The notes under the pieces: generated by a model
Databases searched by the model: none
Seen by the model: the letters and a program-made list of their open reading frames with translations, nothing else
What the model was told of the DNA's origin: nothing
Shown: in pieces, positions 18,018 through 28,041 of the stretch
How positions within the stretch are numbered: the first letter of the stretch is position 1
How the letters are laid out: every line of letters starts with the position of its first letter
Assembly: GCA_028713005.1 (NCBI GenBank)
Contig: JAQTPC010000001.1
Location: 33,414 to 97,413 of the forward strand
Direction of reading: 5' to 3'
DNA length: 64,000 nucleotides
Origin: Minisyncoccota bacterium
GTDB taxonomy: Bacteria; Patescibacteriota; Minisyncoccia; Phycocordibacterales; PALSA-1337
Made by a program: the position numbers and the translations under genes

Positions 18018-18640
18018 ATCGAAAATACTACAGAAGTAAACGACAAAGCCCACTTGATACATTTCTTGACGAACTCTTTGATTTCATAGTTTTTATTTTT
18101 GTTACACTTTTTAGATACTGTTGGAAATTAATCAAAAATACTCGTACGACAAGACCAAATCTAAAATTGAACATAGAAATACCCTCTGTGCCAAATGTAA
18201 ATAATAGTTTAGCTGATGACAGTAAAGTAACTACTTCAGAATCTCGTTATATCTTAAAAGAAAGTTTGGTGACAAATGCTGAAAAGGAATTCTTGAAAGT
18301 TTTAGAGACTGTAGTTGGCAATAGTTATCGTATCGAATCACAGGTTCCACTATCTGGAATAGTTAAACCAATCGATTCAAGTGATCATTGGACTAACTAT
18401 CGTGATTTTAATCCGATTAAGTCAAAGTCGATTGATTTCGTCTTATATGACAAGGATTACAAACCATATTTGGCTATTGAACTGGATGATCGTTCACATT
18501 CAAGATGGGATAGAATTAAGAGAGACCAGATCGTAAACGAGATAATGAAGAGTGTGGGATTGCGCATCGTTCATATACCATTTTCCTATCGCTATAATCC
18601 TGAGAAATTAAAGAGTGAGATATTTATCGAGAATGCTTAG
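18014..18640 (+). CDS. DUF2726 domain protein (PD-(D/E)xK-like), N-terminal TM
   Basis: LVTNAEKEF, QVPLSGIV, IDFVLYD...AIELDDRSH...RD. Confidence 0.85.
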   Translation: MNRKYYRSKRQSPLDTFLDELFDFIVFIFVTLFRYCWKLIKNTRTTRPNLKLNIEIPSVPNVNNSLADDSKVTTSESRYILKESLVTNAEKEFLKVLETVVGNSYRIESQVPLSGIVKPIDSSDHWTNYRDFNPIKSKSIDFVLYDKDYKPYLAIELDDRSHSRWDRIKRDQIVNEIMKSVGLRIVHIPFSYRYNPEKLKSEIFIENA

Positions 18641-18710
18641 TGATTTTTAATTTTTGAGATTAAAGTATAAGAGCTTGTAATTTTTATTAACAGATATATA
18701 GTAAGTAAAT

Positions 18711-19541
18711 ATGCAAACAATTTCTGCTCCACAATCTATAGACATGGTTCAATTTAGTAGAGATCTTTTTTCTCAAATTGCAACAGTGAATGCTACATAC
18801 CTAGCAATTTCAGTATCTATAATACTTGGTTCTGGTATAGGTATTACTATCTTAATGTATTTTTTAAATTATAAGCCGACTAAAGAGAACTTAGACAAAC
18901 AGGCAGCAGATATTGATTTGATAAAGAAAGAGACTGAATTGAAGGTTGGGGAGTTGAGAACTTCACAGTTAGAAGTATCAAATTCTATGCAATATCTTAA
19001 GGACGAGAACAATAGAATACTTGAAAATTTAAAGATTGTCAGTGAAGAGGAAGTCACAACAATTAAGAAACTCTTTGAAGAAAAACAAAAAGATTTTGAT
19101 ACTAAAATAAAGGCCGAGATGGAACTGCGAATTAATGAGATTGGCGTAAAAATGTCAGCTATTGAAAAAACGGCAATTGAAAAAGCAAAAATTTTGGAGG
19201 AAAAAAATAGAGCTCTTGATATTAGCTCGACGTGGGATATGCATTATGTCTGGCAGGTACAAAAAATTCCAGTGAATACTTTGTCATCGCTTGTTACTAC
19301 TTTAGAAAAAACGATTGAGTCACTAAAAGTTTCTAATTATAATGAAGCCTTTATTGGTCTTTGTCTGAAGGAATTACCTAAAACAATTGATGAAGTAACT
19401 AATGACCATCCAAAAATATTTACAAATCTGCCAAATACTATTGAAAGACTTGAAATTTGTCTTACATTAATCAAAGGAAGCGAAGTCGAGAAGGGTGTTG
19501 TAACAGCCAAGATTCAATTACTACGGAATGCTTTAAGTTAA
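18711..19541 (+). CDS. Hypothetical membrane-anchored coiled-coil protein
   Basis: One TM near N-terminus, long coiled coil, AT-rich. Confidence 0.7.
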   Translation: MQTISAPQSIDMVQFSRDLFSQIATVNATYLAISVSIILGSGIGITILMYFLNYKPTKENLDKQAADIDLIKKETELKVGELRTSQLEVSNSMQYLKDENNRILENLKIVSEEEVTTIKKLFEEKQKDFDTKIKAEMELRINEIGVKMSAIEKTAIEKAKILEEKNRALDISSTWDMHYVWQVQKIPVNTLSSLVTTLEKTIESLKVSNYNEAFIGLCLKELPKTIDEVTNDHPKIFTNLPNTIERLEICLTLIKGSEVEKGVVTAKIQLLRNALS

Positions 19542-19585
19542 GCAAATACGCTATAATAAGTCCATTAATCACCTCACAAACCCCC

Positions 19586-20344
19586 ATGCCAATCACAGCC
19601 ATCATCATAGTCCTCGTCATCTTGCTCGCTATGTCACTCCGCGTCGTCAAAGAGTATGACCGTGGCGTTATCTTCTTCCTGGGCAAATGTACTGGCGTCA
19701 GAGGTCCTGGACTCATCATCCTCATTCCTATCTTGGAAAAGATGACCAAGGTCACTCTCCGTACGATCACCATGAATATCCCTTCACAGAAGATCATCAC
19801 CAAAGATAACGTCTCAATCGACATTGCGGCAGTGGCGTACTATCACATCGCTGATGCAAAGAAATCAGTTCTAGCCATCGAGAACGTCTATGACGCAGTC
19901 AACCAGATCAGTCAGACGACCGTCCGAAACATTGTGGGCAAATTCTCGCTTGATCAGCTCCTCTCACAAACGGGCGATATCAATGTCCAGATCAAGGATG
20001 TCATCGACGCACATACGGAGCCGTGGGGCGCAGAGGTGACGGCTGTGGAGATCAAAGACATCGTTCTCCCCGACAACATGCAACGCGCTATGGCCAAGGA
20101 AGCCGAAGCAGAACGTGAGCGCCGTGCAAAGATAGTGGCAGCCGAAGGCGAATTCCAAGCATCCGTCAAACTCGGTGAAGCTGCTGATATCATCGCTATG
20201 CACCCTGTCGCTCTCCAGTTGCGCACCCTCCAGACCATGTCAGAGATCGCCACTGAAAAGAATTCAACGATCATTTTCCCCGCACAATTCATGACGACCG
20301 TTCAGGAAGCTATTGCCACGATAAAAGGGGATTCAAAGAAGTAA
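19586..20344 (+). CDS. SPFH/band-7 (slipin, stomatin-like) protein
   Basis: [43 protein letters not shown]; start at ATG 19586. Confidence 0.93.
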   Translation: MPITAIIIVLVILLAMSLRVVKEYDRGVIFFLGKCTGVRGPGLIILIPILEKMTKVTLRTITMNIPSQKIITKDNVSIDIAAVAYYHIADAKKSVLAIENVYDAVNQISQTTVRNIVGKFSLDQLLSQTGDINVQIKDVIDAHTEPWGAEVTAVEIKDIVLPDNMQRAMAKEAEAERERRAKIVAAEGEFQASVKLGEAADIIAMHPVALQLRTLQTMSEIATEKNSTIIFPAQFMTTVQEAIATIKGDSKK

Positions 20345-20354
20345 ATTTATTAAA

Positions 20355-20417
20355 AAGAAAAGCCCCACCAGTAGTGTGGGGCTTTTCTTGACAAAAGTGT
20401 ATTTTACGTTATATCAT
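20355..20417 (+). terminator. Terminator hairpin fused to the next promoter (TTGACA 20388-20393, TATCAT 20412-20417)
   Basis: AAGAAAAGCCCCAC/GTGGGGCTTTTCTT; its 3' arm runs straight into TTGACA. Confidence 0.75.
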
Positions 20418-20548
20418 AATATTGAACAGTATGGGCAACCATATTGAAACCGCTAGTGAGGCTGTCTCGGCCTTTCACCATGGACTCTCGAAACAATTTG
20501 AGAGAATGGTACATACAGTTGGTGGTTATTTCCTGAAAGGAGATCAAA

Positions 20549-21019
20549 ATGAGAAATGCATGGAACGAAGATCCGCAGTATATTGTCAACCTAACTAGAA
20601 ACTTGATTGGAGAAAAAACCCTCTCAAGTATCATCAAAGAAAATCCAGAAGCTGATCCTCAGCGGATACGAAGCTATGTCTGGCTCACATTGCCGAAACT
20701 TCAGGTGATGCGCGCTGATACTTTGGGATACATCTGTGCCTACGCCTCCGCAAGCGGAGCTCATTGTGGCAAACATTCACGTGGAATGGTGGCACCGAAG
20801 TTCATCAACAGCACAGGGCTCATTGATGTGTTTCCTAGCAGTCAACGTGAAGAAGTTTTTTGTTCCAAACAGCCCGGCGAATTGCAGGTGTATATCGCTT
20901 TGGGTGTGCTGATTTCAGTCGTTACTGACATGATCAGACAGACTGAATGGCAAGCCCAGTGGCCTACCTGGGAATTGACTGAAGTCGAAGAAAAGTGGCT
21001 CCGCGATCATCCCGAGTAA
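20549..21019 (+). CDS. Hypothetical protein (orphan)
   Basis: SD GAAAGGAG; terminator GACCCC/GGGGTC at about 21048-21083. Confidence 0.65.
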   Translation: MRNAWNEDPQYIVNLTRNLIGEKTLSSIIKENPEADPQRIRSYVWLTLPKLQVMRADTLGYICAYASASGAHCGKHSRGMVAPKFINSTGLIDVFPSSQREEVFCSKQPGELQVYIALGVLISVVTDMIRQTEWQAQWPTWELTEVEEKWLRDHPE

Positions 21020-21163
21020 TAACTATTAGAATTGTTTTGAATCATCTGACCCCCTTAAGCGAAATGCTTTTGGGGGTCTTTTTAGTTTATTTATTTTTTA
21101 ATAAAAAATCACGCAAACCACCGAAGTGATTTGCGCGATTGTGATAGAAAACTCAGATTTGCA

Positions 21164-21844
21164 TTAAACCGCGACCCTCATGTAACAAACTTGAAGCATT
21201 TTGTCGAGAACTTCCTGTTTGGTCATAAAGGTCGAGTCAATGAAGACTGCTTCAGGCAGGCGTATGAGAGGCGACTCGGGCCGGGTAGTATCCTCCATGT
21301 CACGTGCCCGTAATTCATTCCGAACTTGGTCGAGCGTGCCTGCATATGCAGGATCTTTTTCACGATACTGATCAAACCGGCGCAATGCGCGAATAGAGGG
21401 ATCCGCTGTCATAAAGATTTTGACCCGCGCTTCGGGGAAGATGACTGAACCGATATCCCGCCCTTCAGCTATGATATCGAGCCTGTCTTCCGCACCAAAA
21501 CTTCGTTGGAGAGGAACGACCAACTTTCTGACTGCCGGAATTTTGGCGATATGATGGACAAGCGCGCTGATCTGGGGCGTGCGAATCTCATCTCGAACAG
21601 GCTGCCCACTGAAGATCAGCTGATTGTTCCAAAATGATATGCACCCCAAATTGCATTTGATCAAACGCGCCACGGATTCCACATCATGCGGATCAATCTG
21701 TGACCGGAGAACGAGCAACGTGAGCGTCCGATAGATTGCGCCCGAATCTAGCAGCGCATATCCAAGCCGTTTTGCCACTTCGGCACATACTGATTTGCCA
21801 GCTGCGCCTGGTCCGTCAACCGCAATAACGTCTCTTTCTTTCAT
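21164..21844 (-). CDS. cmk: (d)CMP kinase
   Basis: IAVDGPGAAGKS, LDSGAIYR, AEGRDIGSVIFPEARVKIFMTA, RD..DTTRPESPL. Confidence 0.92.
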   Translation of the reverse strand: MKERDVIAVDGPGAAGKSVCAEVAKRLGYALLDSGAIYRTLTLLVLRSQIDPHDVESVARLIKCNLGCISFWNNQLIFSGQPVRDEIRTPQISALVHHIAKIPAVRKLVVPLQRSFGAEDRLDIIAEGRDIGSVIFPEARVKIFMTADPSIRALRRFDQYREKDPAYAGTLDQVRNELRARDMEDTTRPESPLIRLPEAVFIDSTFMTKQEVLDKMLQVCYMRVAV

Positions 21845-21974
21845 AGATTTCCTTTTGGTTAAGGTTATTTCAATAGTTCAAAAACTGTGATATTTCTAAC
21901 ACATGGCTCTGACATTGTAAATTCAGGGGAAAACATTTTGCTTGTAATATATATTACTATGCTAAAATATACGC

Positions 21975-22775
21975 ATGTCAAAGACCTCAACAAAAAAAGA
22001 AAAGATCCTCATCATCGAGGGCGATGCAGGCCTCGGTGAAAAATTATCAAATGCGCTCAAGACCGAAGGGTATGTCACCTTCCTTATCAAAGATGGCACC
22101 GAAGGTCTCAAAGCGATCTACGATACCTTGCCACAGCTCGTCATCATCGACCTCGTCATCTCAGGTACTGATGCCTACGATATCTTGGCAAAGAAAAACG
22201 CCGAGGTTATGTTGAGTAAAATTCCCGTCTTCATCCTTTCAACACAAGGTGTACCTATAAATATGCGCAGTGTGCCAGAGAACAGTGTTGCAGACTATAT
22301 CGTATCTCTCCAGCCTGATCCTGCTGACCTCGTAAACCGCGTCAATACATTCTTTGGTCACATAGATCCAAATGCGCCAACTGAAAAGACAACTGTACCG
22401 ACGGGAACAGGCAAAAACGTCCTTTGGGTAGAAGATGACAAGCTTATCGGCTCTATTCTCGCAAAAAAACTCATTTCATCTGGCTTCAATCTCTTTCATG
22501 CAAAAAATGGCGAGGAAGCCATGACTCACCTCAAAGACAACGTTCCTGATATCATCATTCTCGACCTCATGTTGCCGGGCATGGATGGTTTTGAAATCCT
22601 CCAAAAGACGCGCATGGAAGAACGCCTCAAAAAGGTTCCAACGATGATACTCTCGAACCTGAGCAAGCCAAGCGATCTCGAAAAAGCAAAGCTCCTTGGT
22701 GCTTCAAAGTTCATGGTCAAAGCATCATCATCGCTCGATCAGATCGTGGCTGAAGTCAAAGCTCTGGCAAAATAA
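21975..22775 (+). CDS. Response regulator with two receiver domains
   Basis: ILIIEGD..PQLVIIDL and VLWVEDD..PDIIILDLMLPGMDGFE; no output domain. Confidence 0.88.
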   Translation: MSKTSTKKEKILIIEGDAGLGEKLSNALKTEGYVTFLIKDGTEGLKAIYDTLPQLVIIDLVISGTDAYDILAKKNAEVMLSKIPVFILSTQGVPINMRSVPENSVADYIVSLQPDPADLVNRVNTFFGHIDPNAPTEKTTVPTGTGKNVLWVEDDKLIGSILAKKLISSGFNLFHAKNGEEAMTHLKDNVPDIIILDLMLPGMDGFEILQKTRMEERLKKVPTMILSNLSKPSDLEKAKLLGASKFMVKASSSLDQIVAEVKALAK

Positions 22776-22885
22776 CAAAAGTTTACTATTTCTTCATTAA
22801 AACTTCAGCATTAGTTGAAGTTTTTTTGATAAAAAATTTATCTAAGAAGAATATACTGCTCTCATTAGCAATATAATATTTTCTT

Positions 22886-23137
22886 ATGTCACTAGAATCA
22901 AAAGACCTTGAATTAATCGAGCGTGTAATTTATAAAAATGGCGATGATATAGCAGTCTCTATTGGCAGGAGTTTTGAGCGTCTCGAAGAACGCATTGATG
23001 CTGCTGAATCGCGCATCTATGGCCGATTGGCTGAGATAGAAGACAAGATTGAGTCGAGCAGACAGGATATATTTGATTATCTGGGCGAGATGAAAGAAGA
23101 GATCCGCGAAATACGAAGATTATCAGCAGACAACTAG
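22886..23137 (+). CDS. Small acidic coiled-coil protein
   Basis: 83 aa, SFERLEERIDAAESRIYGRL. Confidence 0.65.
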   Translation: MSLESKDLELIERVIYKNGDDIAVSIGRSFERLEERIDAAESRIYGRLAEIEDKIESSRQDIFDYLGEMKEEIREIRRLSADN

Positions 23138-23138
23138 C

Positions 23139-24569
23139 TTAGCGAGTAATGATCGAAAAACCACTTTCACCATCGATCACATCAAAGCCACGTTCTTGTA
23201 TCTCTGTACGAAGCGCATCAGCCTTTGCCCATTCTTTAGTTTTACGTGCATCTTCACGAGCTTCAGCGAGAACTGTAATCTCAAGTGGTATATCCTTGGT
23301 ATCAGCTACTGGCAACTCGACATGCGGCACGGATTCGATATTGAGACCAAGAACACGATCAAAATCAAGTATAGTTGCACGCTTATCAGCAGGACTGACT
23401 TTCGCATCTTTGATGAGCTCCCAAACAAGCGCTACTGCCTGAGGTATATCCAAATCATCATTGATAAAAGCCCAGAAACGTTCTTTATAGGTCGAGACCA
23501 CTGTACCACCATCTGGATAACCACTAACAATAGAAAGGAGACGTATAAGAGCTTTTTGAGCACCCTGAACAGCAGTTCCTGTGAAGTTCACCGTTGAACG
23601 ATAGTGACCAGTGAGTAACCAATAGCGATAAGCGAGAGGGGAGATATGCTCGAGCTCAAGCGTATCGAGAGTGAGAAAATTACCTTCTGACTTTGCCATC
23701 TTAGCTTTCTTGATGGTTATAAATGCATTATGCATCCAGTAGTTGGCGAGACTGGTGCCATATGCAGCTTCAGACTGTGCAATCTCATTGTTGTGGTGGA
23801 CAGAGATGTGATCGATACCGCCAGTATGTATATCAAACGGCTGACCGAGGATCATGCGCGACATAGCCGAACATTCAATATGCCAACCAGGAAAACCTTT
23901 GCCCCACGGACTATCCCAACCGATCAAGACACTCTCTTCACCCACATTTTGTTTTGCTGATAGTTTCCAAACTGCAAAATCACGATGATTTTTCTTATCA
24001 GTATTCTGAGCGATGCGCGCATGAACATCCGCCTCATCTGCGATGAGGTCCTGTCCGCCGAGCTTACCGTAGTGAGGAAATTTGCCAGTATCAAAATACA
24101 CCCCATCACTCAGCTGATAAACAAAACCATTTTTCTCAAGTTGTTTGATAAGCTCTATATCTTCGGTAATCGTGTCGCTGGCTCGAGGAAATGCCTGCGG
24201 TAGCTCGATATGAAGTTCTTTCAGATTTTCTACAAAAGCATCAAAGTATTTTGTGCCGACTTCACGCATTGCATTCAACGTGAGCGGCATATTCTCACGG
24301 ATAAGGGCTTTGGTCATCTTGTCTTCACCAGCATCTGCATCACTCGTGAGATGTCCAACATCAGTAATATTGATAACTTGATTTACCTGGTAACTGTTAT
24401 ATTCAAACATCCTGCGCAACGTATCAGCGAAGACATATGCACGAAGATTACCTATATGGGCGTGATCATATACGGTCGGTCCACAATGATACATGCCAAC
24501 AACGCCAGGTTTGAGTGGCTTAAAAGTCTCTTTATTTTTACTGAGCGTATTGTATATCTTTATATCCAT
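23139..24569 (-). CDS. cysS: Cysteine--tRNA ligase
   Basis: CGPTVYD.AHIGN, PGWHIECSAM, DIHTGG.DH..HH.NE, KMAKS; start MDIKIYNTL at 24569. Confidence 0.97.
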   Translation of the reverse strand: MDIKIYNTLSKNKETFKPLKPGVVGMYHCGPTVYDHAHIGNLRAYVFADTLRRMFEYNSYQVNQVINITDVGHLTSDADAGEDKMTKALIRENMPLTLNAMREVGTKYFDAFVENLKELHIELPQAFPRASDTITEDIELIKQLEKNGFVYQLSDGVYFDTGKFPHYGKLGGQDLIADEADVHARIAQNTDKKNHRDFAVWKLSAKQNVGEESVLIGWDSPWGKGFPGWHIECSAMSRMILGQPFDIHTGGIDHISVHHNNEIAQSEAAYGTSLANYWMHNAFITIKKAKMAKSEGNFLTLDTLELEHISPLAYRYWLLTGHYRSTVNFTGTAVQGAQKALIRLLSIVSGYPDGGTVVSTYKERFWAFINDDLDIPQAVALVWELIKDAKVSPADKRATILDFDRVLGLNIESVPHVELPVADTKDIPLEITVLAEAREDARKTKEWAKADALRTEIQERGFDVIDGESGFSIITR

Positions 24570-24599
24570 TATATTTATGCGTAGGGTAGACCTACGCAA

Positions 24600-25532
24600 T
24601 TACACCCACTTCTTTTTCTTAAAGAAGAACCAAATACCTGCCGCAAGGGCAATCATGAGCAATGTCATAGTAATCCAACTAAATGTACCATGTGATTCTT
24701 CGACAAGAGCAACATCTACAGCCGGTATAGTAAAGAATGCTGCAATGAATGTAAGCGGGTAGAAAATAAAAGCGATGAGCGTCAGGTCCTTGATAATCTC
24801 ATTTTGTTTCGTATTCAGCAAGGAGTCATTGGTCTCACGAAGATCAGCGAGCAATTCACGTGCATTGACGATGAGTTCATGGATATGGGTGAAGTCAGTT
24901 TTGAGATCATCAACATACGGTGCAAAGTCAGAGTTGAAAACACTCTTATCAGTATGCTCACTCAGGTTCGCCCAGATATCATGATGAATACGTGCGGTCT
25001 GTTTGAAATCTATCAATTCACGGTTGAGGTTTGAAAGATGTCTAACCATATGTTTTTCGCCACCCTTGAATATGCCATTTTCCGCAGAGACGATAGCGTC
25101 ACGAATATTTTCGAGATCATTTCTCATGCCCGCATAGAGACGTTTGACCATAAAATAAAAGATATGGCCCGCATGGTCAATCTTCTCCTCTTTACCAAGA
25201 ATCTCATTTGCTTCAAATATCTTTGCAAAATACTCGATCTGTTCGATAGCTTCAAAGCGAGAGGTGATAAGGAAATTTTTACCGATGACGAAGTCGACTT
25301 CGCGGTCAACGACTACATATGAATCATTGTGACGTGTGCGAATAGGGAGTGTAAGAACAACAAATGTATAATCTTTGTACACATCTATCTTCGCTAGTGA
25401 CGATGAACTTTTAAGCTCTTCGCCAACGAGTGGATGAAGATCATAACGTTTGACGAGACTGCTAATCTCATTTTCATCAGGCGACTCAAGGTCGATCCAA
25501 ACTATGCCACGATAGGTATGAGTTGTTGTCAT
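24600..25532 (-). CDS. corA: CorA family divalent cation transporter
   Basis: WIDLESP, LHPL, NEIIKDLT...PLTFIA, two C-terminal TMs; GMN signature is degenerate. Confidence 0.8.
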   Translation of the reverse strand: MTTTHTYRGIVWIDLESPDENEISSLVKRYDLHPLVGEELKSSSSLAKIDVYKDYTFVVLTLPIRTRHNDSYVVVDREVDFVIGKNFLITSRFEAIEQIEYFAKIFEANEILGKEEKIDHAGHIFYFMVKRLYAGMRNDLENIRDAIVSAENGIFKGGEKHMVRHLSNLNRELIDFKQTARIHHDIWANLSEHTDKSVFNSDFAPYVDDLKTDFTHIHELIVNARELLADLRETNDSLLNTKQNEIIKDLTLIAFIFYPLTFIAAFFTIPAVDVALVEESHGTFSWITMTLLMIALAAGIWFFFKKKKWV

Positions 25533-25625
25533 GAAGATATTATAGCGTCAAGTGAGGACGTGTGGCAACGTGTTGATACAATGTCCGAACGCAGACGTTA
25601 TATGAGCACAGCGAATATAGTTAGT

Positions 25626-25656
25626 ATCGATGCAAATTACAAATGATCGCGAATGA
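25626..25656 (+). repeat. 31-bp direct repeat copy 1 (ATCGATGCAAATTACAAATGATCGCGAATGA)
   Basis: Identical to 27020-27050; followed by inverted ATTCGCATC units at about 25687-25725. Confidence 0.85.
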
Positions 25657-25776
25657 TGCAAATCAAAAAACTGGGCAATGGTTTTTATTCGCATCATTCG
25701 CATGTGTCTTTGCGCTATTCGCATCGCATTTTGTTATTTGATATGAGATAATAGCTCAACAACTAATCAATATATT

Positions 25777-26988
25777 ATGGATTTCAATTTTAAAAATAAG
25801 TACATTCCTGTCATCGTTATTGGCGTGTGTGTGATGGTCTCAGTTTTTTATATCGGTTACTTTGCTGGTAGAGAAAAAGCACTCTACACCATCAATGCTC
25901 ATCTGACTGATACTTCTATCATTTCACAAGATGAGTTCGCTCCATTCTGGAAAGTATGGACTATTCTCGATCAAAAATACGTTAAGTCAGCGAGCAGCAC
26001 GTCCCAAGACAAAGTATGGGGTGCTATACAAGGGTTAGCAAACTCTTTCAATGATCCTTATACCGTTTTCTTCCCGCCAGTACAGTCAAAGATGTTCCAA
26101 GATGACATAGCAGGGAACTTTGGCGGTGTCGGTATGGAGATTGGTATCAAAAACAACCAACTCCTCGTCGTTGCACCACTCAAAGACAGTCCTGCAAGCA
26201 AAGCTGGAGTCAAAGCAGGAGATTTTATTCTCAAAATTGAAGCAACCTCGACTCAAGGCGTGCCTGTCGACAAAGCAGTCAACATGATTCGTGGACCAAA
26301 GGGAAGTACAGTTACTATTACTTTCCTTCCTGTAGGTGCAACTGCGCCAGTTATCAAGAAAATCATCCGTGATACGATTAATATCCCTACCCTCGATACA
26401 GAACAGCGTCCTGGAGGCATCTTTATCATCAAGCTTTACAGCTTCACCGCTCAGTCACCTGACCTTTTCCGTAATGCCCTCCGTCAATTTATTCTCTCTG
26501 GCGACCACAAACTCATCCTTGATCTTCGTGGCAACCCTGGTGGTTATCTCGATGCTGCCTGGGATATGGCTTCATACTTCTTGCCAGCAGGAGCAACAGT
26601 GGTAACCGAAGACTTTGGTACCAAGGGTGAGCCTAACGTATTCAAGAGTAAAGGTTACAATATCTTCAATAACAATCTCAAAATGCTCATCCTCGTCGAC
26701 GGTGGTTCTGCATCGGCGTCAGAGATTCTTGCAGGAGCGCTCTCAGAGCAAGGCGTAGCAAAGCTTGTTGGCTCAAAGACCTTTGGAAAGGGAGTGGTTC
26801 AGGAGTTGATACCAATCACTGCTGACACATCACTCAAGGTCACTGTAGCTCGTTGGATGACGCCAAAATGGCACAATCTATCAGAGAATGGTCTCGAACC
26901 AGAATATTCAGTATCATCAGCATCTTCAACACCCGAAAACGATTTAGTAACAAATAAAGCTATTCAGCTCTTGAACCAGCAACCATAA
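25777..26988 (+). CDS. S41 family carboxy-terminal processing protease with PDZ
   Basis: DPYT, FGGVGMEI (PDZ), LDLRGNPGG, SASASEILAG, KTFGKG. Confidence 0.95.
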   Translation: MDFNFKNKYIPVIVIGVCVMVSVFYIGYFAGREKALYTINAHLTDTSIISQDEFAPFWKVWTILDQKYVKSASSTSQDKVWGAIQGLANSFNDPYTVFFPPVQSKMFQDDIAGNFGGVGMEIGIKNNQLLVVAPLKDSPASKAGVKAGDFILKIEATSTQGVPVDKAVNMIRGPKGSTVTITFLPVGATAPVIKKIIRDTINIPTLDTEQRPGGIFIIKLYSFTAQSPDLFRNALRQFILSGDHKLILDLRGNPGGYLDAAWDMASYFLPAGATVVTEDFGTKGEPNVFKSKGYNIFNNNLKMLILVDGGSASASEILAGALSEQGVAKLVGSKTFGKGVVQELIPITADTSLKVTVARWMTPKWHNLSENGLEPEYSVSSASSTPENDLVTNKAIQLLNQQP

Positions 26989-27019
26989 TAGTGTAGATTC
27001 ATATCACGCACATGAGTGA

Positions 27020-27050
27020 ATCGATGCAAATTACAAATGATCGCGAATGA
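27020..27050 (+). repeat. 31-bp direct repeat copy 2
   Basis: Identical to 25626-25656; lies just upstream of rplI. Confidence 0.85.
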
Positions 27051-27069
27051 CGCGAATAAACCCAAAATC

Positions 27070-27513
27070 ATGAAAATAATCCTTTTGAAAGACATAAAGA
27101 ACGTTGGAAAGAAATTCGATATCAAAGATGTTAACGATGGCCATGCACTCAACATGCTTATCCCTCGTGGCCTCGCTATCCCTGCCACTGCATCCGCTAT
27201 AAAGCGCGTGGAGGCCGACAAAGCACAGATTGCTGGTGAGATGAAGGTTCAGCATGAACTCCTCGTACAAAACATCAAGGCCATCGAAGCGACTACACTT
27301 ACTATCTCAGGTAAAGCCAATGAAAAAGGCCATCTCTTTGCTGGTATTCATGGTGATGTTATCGTCAAAGAACTCCATGCCCAGGCACGTATTGAGATCG
27401 ATCCTTCGTTTATTCAACTCGAACATCCACTCAAGACGGTTGGTGAACATGTTGTCACTATCGAGGCAGAGGGGAAGAAGGCTGAGTTGAAGGTAGTCAT
27501 CAAGGCGTTGTAA
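27070..27513 (+). CDS. rplI: 50S ribosomal protein L9
   Basis: MKIILLKDIKNVGKK...V.DGHALN.LIPRGLA, GHLFAGI, PLKTVGEH. Confidence 0.95.
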   Translation: MKIILLKDIKNVGKKFDIKDVNDGHALNMLIPRGLAIPATASAIKRVEADKAQIAGEMKVQHELLVQNIKAIEATTLTISGKANEKGHLFAGIHGDVIVKELHAQARIEIDPSFIQLEHPLKTVGEHVVTIEAEGKKAELKVVIKAL

Positions 27514-27540
27514 TTAAAAGTTATTCATTTGCAGATATAA

Positions 27541-27570
27541 AAATCCCCTCGACTTTATCGAGGGGATTTT
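27541..27570. terminator. Bidirectional terminator
   Basis: AAATCCCCTCGA/TCGAGGGGATTT between convergent genes. Confidence 0.8.
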
Positions 27571-27586
27571 GCTAGGGCTTGGCAGA

Positions 27587-27931
27587 TTATATCTGCTTAA
27601 TTTCGCCTACTGGTGCCGCAGTGTGCAGCATAAAAATGAAACAAGCTTCAACAGATTTCGGATATCCATGTTCACGGAACCAATCAAAAGCTTTTTCTGA
27701 CTTCTTTTTTAGTTCGAAGAGTGCAACTGATTGCAAAACGGCATAAGAAGGCTCGCACTTAACCTTCTTACCGTCGATAATCGTCACTGTGTGTCCACCA
27801 GAGGCTATGCCAGCGATAGGTAGAACGAGTCCTACCCACTCCTGGCGGACTGACATTGGAACATCAATATTGCATTGGTCACCTAAGCTATGCACTTTTA
27901 TCCGACCTGAACACTTAATGAACATTTCCAT
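27587..27931 (-). CDS. Hypothetical protein, paralog of 28042-28404
   Basis: Start MEMFIKC with SD GAAAGGA; VP..VR..WVGL.LP motif. Confidence 0.7.
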   Translation of the reverse strand: MEMFIKCSGRIKVHSLGDQCNIDVPMSVRQEWVGLVLPIAGIASGGHTVTIIDGKKVKCEPSYAVLQSVALFELKKKSEKAFDWFREHGYPKSVEACFIFMLHTAAPVGEIKQI

Positions 27932-28041
27932 ATTGATCCTTTCTTTATTATCGATTAAATCACATCCATCAATTTTTGCAATCAAAAAAGACCCCGCGGG
28001 AATATCCAAGGGGTCTTTTGATTTTAATGCTACTGACAATT

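Noticed and set aside
27932-28039. N-terminal extensions given in the ORF track (also 4436, 12790, 16911, 19457, 27016, 59644)
   Set aside because: They overlap promoters, terminators or neighbouring genes; downstream ATGs have better signals and homology.
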